The notes below the pieces were generated by a model. The model had not been told where the DNA came from. It searched no databases and worked only from the letters and a program-made list of their open reading frames with translations. Positions 56,340-64,000 of a DNA stretch of 64,000 nucleotides are shown piece after piece (the stretch's first letter is position 1; every line of letters begins with the position of its first letter). The DNA is from Bigelowiella natans CCMP2755 (lineage: Eukaryota; Protista; Cercozoa). The position numbers and the translations under genes are program-made. The DNA is taken from NCBI GenBank assembly GCA_000320545.1, contig ADNK01002546.1, forward strand, positions 62,001 to 126,000, in the 5' to 3' direction.

Positions 56340-56744
56340 AAGTCTCACGACTCGAATCGTTGTAGCATAATGATGTCACGTAAGGATCACGGTGTAGGGC
56401 ACATTGTTTAGGCATTGCTGCGTGCAGTGTTCGCGTACAATGAGAATTGATGTAGTCGCCAAAAGGGTGATAGCTCGCAATGCATGCAGGATCAACCTCA
56501 TTTAAAAAAATCGGCAATCTCCATGAGTCAGTAGACTATTTCATGTGTGATGCGTTGCGTGCTCAAACATTTGCTTCCAATTGCTATGTCTAATATTTCG
56601 TTCGTCTACACAGTACATCGAAGCACCAATCTAGCAATGTATGTCATTAAACTCGCGCAACATTGTGCATGCATGTGTGTGTACGTGTGTGTGCGCGCGT
56701 GCGCGCGTGTGTGCGTGTGTGCGTGTGTGTGTGTAATTCATTAT

Positions 56745-57470
56745 GGCGCACTAGCTGCATGCACAGCATGCTAGCATCTAGAGCATGTCCAAAAAGATGG
56801 ACACAAGTCAGGAATTGTGCTCGCATAGGAAGCAAAAGGGTCTCTAACGAGCTCTACCAAGCAGCCCCCTCTAGCTAGCTAGCCATAACTACCTAGTCGA
56901 TCAGCAAGAATCTCTGTGTCTGTTAGCTAGCCCTCCTCGCAGAGCTAGAGCACATCTTCCTCAGCATATCTGAATGTGTGGCCCCACAGCGCAATGCACA
57001 CTGCTAGAGTACGCGTGGCATTTACACGATGACAAACATCATGCTAGCATGCGAATTTAGTCATTCCGCAGTCCTCTTGCCACAAAATTAATGGATGTGA
57101 CATCACATGCTCACAGCATTTGTGCGTCTAGGGACGTGCTGCTAGAGCAATCGTGAAAGCGATCATGTGAACACATGAGCAGTGTAGGCCACGTGTTACA
57201 CAATCTGTAATCGTTGCATGCATCTGTGTGAGTCGGTGACGGGCTAACACGCTAGCAAGCCTGTAGCACATATGTTATTTTACCGACAACCTGCAGAATA
57301 TGCATGTGAATTCGCAAATACAGCTACAATGCGAAGCCACCATGCATTGTGCCGCATGCAACTGAGCGCACGCACGTAGATGCCGCTCACCTTGACTAAA
57401 ATGCACGACGAATGCACATGTTGTCAAGTTGCCAAATGAAGTTCAGTGCGGTCTAACTTCTTCAATCGGC
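56745..57470. other. Partially TpA-depleted, CTAG/CATG/TGCA-rich intergenic island 4, between convergent genes
   Basis: Dense gctagc, gcatgc and tgca motifs. Most TA in 56745-57190 is CTA/TAG. The depletion is weaker than in islands 1 and 3. Confidence 0.65.
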
Positions 57471-57787
57471 GATGTGAATAGGAAACGTGGGATTTCAAAA
57501 CATAGAACTCTTAACACGTCTTCCCGGAACTGCATTGCAATGCTTGGAAAAATACAAAAGTTATTTATTTCAGTGATAATTTTTCCCTTAATAGGTTGTA
57601 AAACCTCCAGTGAATGGATGCCTTTTCACGGCTAGATTTTGAGACCGCAAGTAGCATTGCATTTGCCTATATTTCTAGTTGTTGATATCTTTACAATCAG
57701 CGGATGCAAATCTATAATCTTCACAGCTGCTTTTCGGCTCGAGCCTTCCCTCATTAGTTTCGTTTATCATCATCATCATCATCCTCA

Positions 57788-58519
57788 TCATACTTGTCTT
57801 TTCCTCCTCCTTCTAGCACTGCCTCTATTCGACTTCGGCGCCATTGCCCCCGCTTCGTTGCGGTCCTTCCTCATCTTATTTATTCTGTTACATGGAGAAA
57901 ATCGATGCAGGGGGGGGGGGGGGGATAGGGGAGGGGAATGACAGAGAGAGGGCGAGAGGAGCAATGAGATAACGCTGTCCGTGGATTTCGAGCTTCGGCA
58001 CCAACAAGCTAGCTGCACAGAACGAAAAAGAGCACTTCTTTACTAATAGATCTAAAATACAGGGGAAACCCATCCTCGCATCCCCTTCCGTGCTCGAGGC
58101 GCGGTGATTTATCCAGTTTTTCTTGACGGGTAGCGCTCTCTTCGGTGTATCAGCGACGATGAGCGAGCTCGCGTGCAATTCGATTACTCGCAGAGTATGA
58201 TGATACTCGAGAGGAGGGGGTGGGGGGGAAACCCCGCATATCACCGCTACCTTGACTGTACTGAGACGCCGAAGTTTCCATTGACGATGTAGTTTGCCAC
58301 TGCAATGGCAAAATCATCATCATCACCAACAACAACAAGAACAAACAATAGCGATTATGATGATGGTGACGATGATGATGATGATACGACGGAGTATGTA
58401 TGGAGGCAGGAAGGAGGCAGTGTTTTTGGTTTGGGGAACATCGTCCGGAAAAACGGTGGTTTTAACAGCTCGTGTGCTCAAGTACGCGTGTCACCACAAA
58501 ACTAGAGCACATAGAATCG

Positions 58520-58556
<37 letters not shown>

Positions 58557-58917
58557 GCCTCTGCCTTATCCCCCATCCCCCCTTGCGTCTTTGCTCATAT
58601 CCTGCTTTCAATCCCTCCCTCTCTCCCCCTCTTGCTCTATCGTTCTCTCTCCGAGACACAGGTCGACATTTACCACTCGACGCCGCCCAAGCTTCTGGCT
58701 TTGCCTTTGCCTTGAACCCCGCAGATCTGAATTGACCCCACACAACATCGCTATCAGCTGAACACGCTGATTGCGTAAAAAGAGCTTTTCTTCATCGTGA
58801 CTGATGAAGAGAGCAACGCGTCTTGCCGACGAATTCCAGTTTACACGCGCCGAAAACATCGGTGGGACTTATTTGTTGTAAAGCTACCAAACGTTATGAT
58901 ATGCTATTCATACATAT

Positions 58918-58983
<66 letters not shown>

Positions 58984-59712
58984 AGGAAAAAATGGAGAAA
59001 CGGGGTTGAGAGAAAGAGAGAGTCAAAGATAAAACGGGAGAGAGAGAGAGAGCGAGAGAGAGAGAGAGAGAGCATGCGAAAACTTATGTTGTCGTTCTTT
59101 CATTACTTAATCCAGCCGACCCCCGAATTATATATCGAATGGCTCAGATGCGAGGGCTATTCAAAGTCAAAGGAAGGTTGGTGTCCTCATTAAAACAACA
59201 CACGCCAACATCAGCATGCCAGAGACCATCTTCTATTCAGCAGCCGCGCATCGGTGCCGAAAGCAGAGCGCATACCAAGATTTCTCAATTTTTCAATCGC
59301 CCCCCTCAAACGAGGGAGGAAACGATCAAAAAAGCGAAAATATATATAGTGCTGGCCCTGCGCATCCACGGAAATGCGTGCGGGGATACGCGGCAATCAT
59401 GTACACGACGCCAAATCGTCGCTGCTTACGATGTTGCCCAAACGAATGAAACGACGAATGAAACGGTGATTTAGCTTTCGCGAGATCAAAATAGACAATG
59501 GTACTGCTAGCCACCACTACCTCAGGGTTACAGTCGATATGAACCTGATTACGTGCGTTTTGGAGTGGGGAAGGGGGGGGGGGGAGGGGAAGGGGATGTT
59601 CGTCAGTGTGATTTAAACTCTTTCCGTATGAGATAATGTGTGTGTAGAGGTATATCGTATATTATTACATATACTCTAGAGAAACTCTCTCTCACTCTCT
59701 CTCTCTCTCTCC

Positions 59713-59754
<42 letters not shown>

Positions 59755-59978
59755 CTATATAATGTTGTAGATATCATAATATATAAACATAAATATCACT
59801 ATATACACATATATAAAATATTTATACATCATGTACATGTTATACTCAATGATAACTAAAAACAGTTTCTAGGAAACATTCCGTACGAATATCACCGTGA
59901 TCTTCTCCGATTTGAATGACGCATTTAATTCATCTGCCACTGCAAGCGCTTGACTACACTCAAAAACGCACACACACA

Positions 59979-60012
<34 letters not shown>

Positions 60013-60659
60013 CACGCACACACGCAAAGAGCATGCACGAACCCCTTTAAAAAAACGTGATATCCTAATTATACCTAATTATCACTGTCTACAATGAATA
60101 CATAAAAGGTTCTGTGTATCATACTATATTATCTCTCGTCATCGTCTCAACTTCCCCCGCCCTTCCTCACGTCGCGCGTGTGCGCGTGTGAGTGCGTGCA
60201 TAAATCGAGAGAATAAGAGAGGTGTTGGGATAAAAGACTACAAGGCATCGTAACCACGACTCTGCATATTCACAGAAGAATTGAGCATTAAAAATCGAAG
60301 CTCCATCACTCGCCCTCCCTCCTTCCCTCCCTCTCCCTCCCCCCTCTGACCTCCTCTAATAGCCTACAATGCACTAAGTTCTTCCTCGATCCTTGGTAAG
60401 GCACCTTCACAGCACATGACAACGACGATGAGTGATGATAACGTCAATAGCGGCATTGGCGATCTTCACGGTGACAATAAAGATAATCATCGCGTTGGTA
60501 ATGAATCGGCATCAGGCTTTGCGCCTACACCTCGCTCGCTCTAAGGCAGTAGAACTCACTTTGAGCTTTTTGTAAAGCACATGGCCCCCTTCCGACTTCT
60601 GGTATAAACACACGGCTACCTAGCAAACCGTAATGAACGACACACACACACGCGCGCGC

Positions 60660-60698
<39 letters not shown>

Positions 60699-62770
60699 CT
60701 GTTATAAATTAACATGCAGACTCTAGGATACAGGATTGATGCTGGTAGTTGATATGTCTATTTCCCCTCTATCCCGGGTGATAAATGGGATGAAGCATAA
60801 AACGCACATATCGCCTTTGGCAGCGTATTCGAGGACGTCCAAGGCGTTTCGTCCAAGGCGTTTATCGACGCCTTGGACTGCCCACATTTTTTTTAAACGC
60901 GTCAATATGTAATATTGGTGCAATACCCAAAAATTTGTAAGGTTACCGCGAAGATGATGACGCCCTCCACAGATTTCGAGTCAGCTCCGATGTGAATCTC
61001 TCTAAACCAGGGCGGGGGGGCACAAATTCAGTCTTAGATAAGGTAATAACTGCGAATGTGCTTTCTGCTGCTTTTGCTATAAGACTCGTCGCATTTCCTC
61101 CTCTGACATTCACTAGTCATATGAAGCAAGCGGTAAGGACTGGAGAGATATATACCCCCACCTCCCTCCCCCCTCCCCCCTCTCTATCTCCCTCTCTCTC
61201 TCTCTCTTCCTTTTTCTCCCTTTCCGCAAACTACTATGAATCTACCCAAGAGGGTTGTCGTTCAGCCATGAAGACACATACGACGTGAGGTCACCAATAG
61301 CAGCACCTGCATCAAGTATACAAGGTTAGAGCATGAATGACGAGTATATACCTCTTCTACAGACAAGATAGGAAAAAGGTATTAGCTCTCCAGTTGGAAT
61401 GAACATAGCCGCGCGCGTGTTCGAGATATCCAGGACTACACTACGACTAAATGGCTTATTCGAGGTGTTTGCCCCAATATGTGATGATTCTAGTGTGGCC
61501 AACACGGCTAGGGAGGTGCACAAACCAACCGCTCTCTTTCCGGAAGGTTTCGAAAGTGTTTTCTAGAGGCTGCTTCGACGATAAAGGCCCTCCCATACGC
61601 CCTCCTATTGCATGAGCCGCCTCGATAGACGAGGAAAAGAGGTTCTAGATTACCACCACCACATAATCTCCGATCAACGATAACTCTAAAGGCGCGGTAA
61701 AGCAGGGGCGTGGCGGAAAATCATTCTCTCAACCTACTCCGCGAAGTCCCAAGCGAGATCCCCAACAAAAACGCACGATGTGTGTAAATTATCACATGCA
61801 TATGCAAGCAACACGTGCGTCTGAAAGCGCCTTACGGTAACACGCGTATTAAAAACCGACACGGCCAAACGCTGGGCGATCCTTTTGGTGAAAACACCGT
61901 GTGTGTACCCACCCCATTTGTTCCTGTGTAATTTGCGCGCATCCCTTTTCGGAGAAGGCGTCGGGACATAATCGTAGCTCTTGTGGCGGGAAACATCGGA
62001 TGTATTTCTGTCTTGCTCGTACACTATGTAACCCCCCCACGAAGGCGTGTTTCTGCGATCAGAAGTCAATCAAAAGAGATATCGAATCAAGAGGCAACCA
62101 GCCTTCAAGGCTGATGCCGTATCTACTGGAAGGGTAGATCAAAGCGCTCCGGAATGACAAAGTACCCTGGCTTGTGCACCTCTCCCGAAATTTCGAAAGG
62201 AAAAAATGCTTAATAAAATTACTTCCCATCGTGTTGCCACACCCATCTCCCGGTATTTAATTTCAAAGGGGCTGACCCATCATGCCCTTGCAACGCGCCC
62301 AACCCCCCCCCCCCCCTCCCCCCTTCTGTTCCCGATCTCAATTGACCTCAAATCGACTTTTGTCTTCTCACGTTGAAGCTGCTCTTAGAATGAATTCTTC
62401 AAAGTTTTGTCGGTATTGCGTCAACGTGGGACATTTAAGAAGAGCGACAACCCAAAAACTAGCATTCAAATTAGAAAAAAACGCTTCGATCTATTTCTGC
62501 TAATATTGTTCCACAAATTATGTCGTATTCTAAAAATGCACGCTTTTATTCGTAAACTACGCCTGCGCCTGCGATATCTCCTGGACAACAGAGGTTTGGC
62601 GTTCCGTATCCATCGAAGCCACTTACGAATATTACTTGCGACTTAACTAATGTTTAATAATTGAAATAAATGGACTGCGTTAAAGATATCAATTTGAGAA
62701 TGGAGAAAGTTCTTCGATCTTACTTTGCCCTACGTCGAAGCTTCCTCTCCCTTCTTCCGCCTTTGAACAT
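57788..62770 (-). CDS. Probable multi-exon gene of unknown function with basic N- and C-termini
   Basis: Putative first exon MFKGGRRERKLRRRAK|GTAAG (62770 down). Internal AG/GT-flanked segments include KYIRCFPPQELRLCPDAFSEKGCAQITQEQMG, GAAIGDLTSYVSSWLNDNPL, VQGVDKRLGRNALDVLEYAAK, EVGRGHVLYKKLK and PMFSARVNWNSSARRVALFISHDEEKLFLRNQRVQL. The last exon reads ..PKSNRGSARRRRKRQV*. No family recognised. Confidence 0.5.
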
Positions 62771-62972
62771 GTGAGTGGAAGGCCGATATGGGGCCACCCC
62801 ATACACCCAATTTCACTGAAGTTCATGTTTGGCATGTGTTTATTAATGTCCGAAAGACATCATTTGCTGCGCGTGATGATATAGTTACGATACCCCCCCA
62901 TCCCCGCTGCGACATTGACTGAGCTATCTTTTGATGATTGATTCCTAAGAATCTCCATTCTTCCCTCTTATA

Positions 62973-64000
62973 ATGAGCTCGGCTCGGAAAAAGAAACAGG
63001 TACGGGAGAATGTACTGTTGAAAAACTGTTCTCGGTTATTTTCCCTTTGTCGTATGGGTATGTGCATCTGTGTGCTGTTTGTTGTGTGAGTGCAATGCTA
63101 TTCTCTATTTAATTTCTCTGTGGTAGCTTGAAGAGGAGGTTCAGAAGCTGAAGAAGAAGTCTTATAATAAGAAATGCTTCGGATGTGTTGGAGGGGTAAT
63201 GACGTCTTCGCTTTTACATGCTGACGTTTCACTGAGTTCCGAGATATTAACCTGGCGGAGCCACTGCTTATTTGTCAAGTCGAAGTTGCATGCTCGCGCA
63301 TTTTCGAGCATTCATACATACTGTACCCACCGTCTCTCGTTCGATCAAACCGATGAATATCCTACAGGTGTCAACGTACGTTGTTCCAAACCTCTGGATT
63401 TTCGTCTGTGATAAAGTGGCTGGGCTCATGTAGATAACAACACAACACAGAAACACTAATACAGGGACGACCTACGTGTGCTTTGTTAGACTTTGCTCAT
63501 CATGCATTCATATCGTCCTGAAGGCGCGAGGTTGGCTTCAAAGCGAACGGCATAGCGATGACTTCATGGACAAAAGAAGATGTCAGTATCACCTACACAC
63601 CATCAGTCGCACGCATGGCGATTTAGTTTTCTCGTTTTCGATAGAACTTTCTCCCCACGCGCAGACGATGCAAGAATCGTCGTTGGCCATGCACGATTAG
63701 TTAAATTAACAACGCTAAACAACTCAGGTTGAGAACATCAAGGCTGGGGGAAACAAGGTCAAGTCGTAGTAGCAATAACCGCAAATGTATATTTGTCTCC
63801 CAACAACAACTTATATTTCCAATGCACACCAATGTATTGTTGTTCTCTGCTATAAACACAAGTGTGATATAAGTATCTTGTGTTTAGAATGGACGCAAGC
63901 AGTGGCTGAAAGGGTTAGTTCGCACACACGCACGCACATACACACACGCGTACACATATAGTATGATATATTCATAATCAAAGTATTCCTCAGGACATTT
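62973..64000 (+). CDS. ArfGAP-domain protein (AGFG/AGD14-like), 3' end beyond the window
   Basis: MSSARKKKQ|LEEEVQKLKKKSYNKKCFGCVGG|VSTYVVPNLWIFVCDKVAGLM|REVGFKANGIAMTSWTKED|VENIKAGGNK|NGRKQWLKG. This fits the ArfGAP CX2CX16CX2C-X4R spacing and the downstream W...E...GGN motif. Confidence 0.85.

Noticed and set aside
1-64000. CRISPR arrays, rRNA/tRNA genes, intact transposase or RT ORFs, prokaryotic restriction-modification operon
   Set aside because: None seen. The methyltransferase is intron-split and has no neighbouring nuclease.

Overview
Intron-rich eukaryotic nuclear DNA, most likely from a chlorarachniophyte or a similar alga with a secondary plastid. This is an inference from a green-type IspG carrying a signal peptide plus a basic transit peptide. 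The short ORFs in the track are mostly exon/intron fragments. Reading across GT-AG junctions gives eight multi-exon genes: an MSS51/ZMYND15-C-like gene (-, truncated at the left edge), an unidentified gene (-), plastid IspG/HDS (+), a stand-alone DNMT6/Dcm-like C5 cytosine methyltransferase (-), a PPR protein (+), a TBC Rab-GAP (+), another unidentified gene (-), and an AGFG-type ArfGAP (+, truncated at the right edge) whose 4th zinc-ligand Cys is Val. Introns are crowded with (TA)n, (CA)n, (GA)n and G/C runs. The most unusual signal is in all four larger intergenic spacers (~5.5-6.35, 22.5-24.1, 40.1-41.0, 56.7-57.5 kb). They are depleted of TpA except in CTA/TAG context, enriched in TG/CA, and keep their CpG. 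This suggests a context-specific, RIP-like T:A->C:G hypermutation (or base-modification) process acting on intergenic/repeat DNA. Exon boundaries and all counts were made by eye, and gene termini are approximate.
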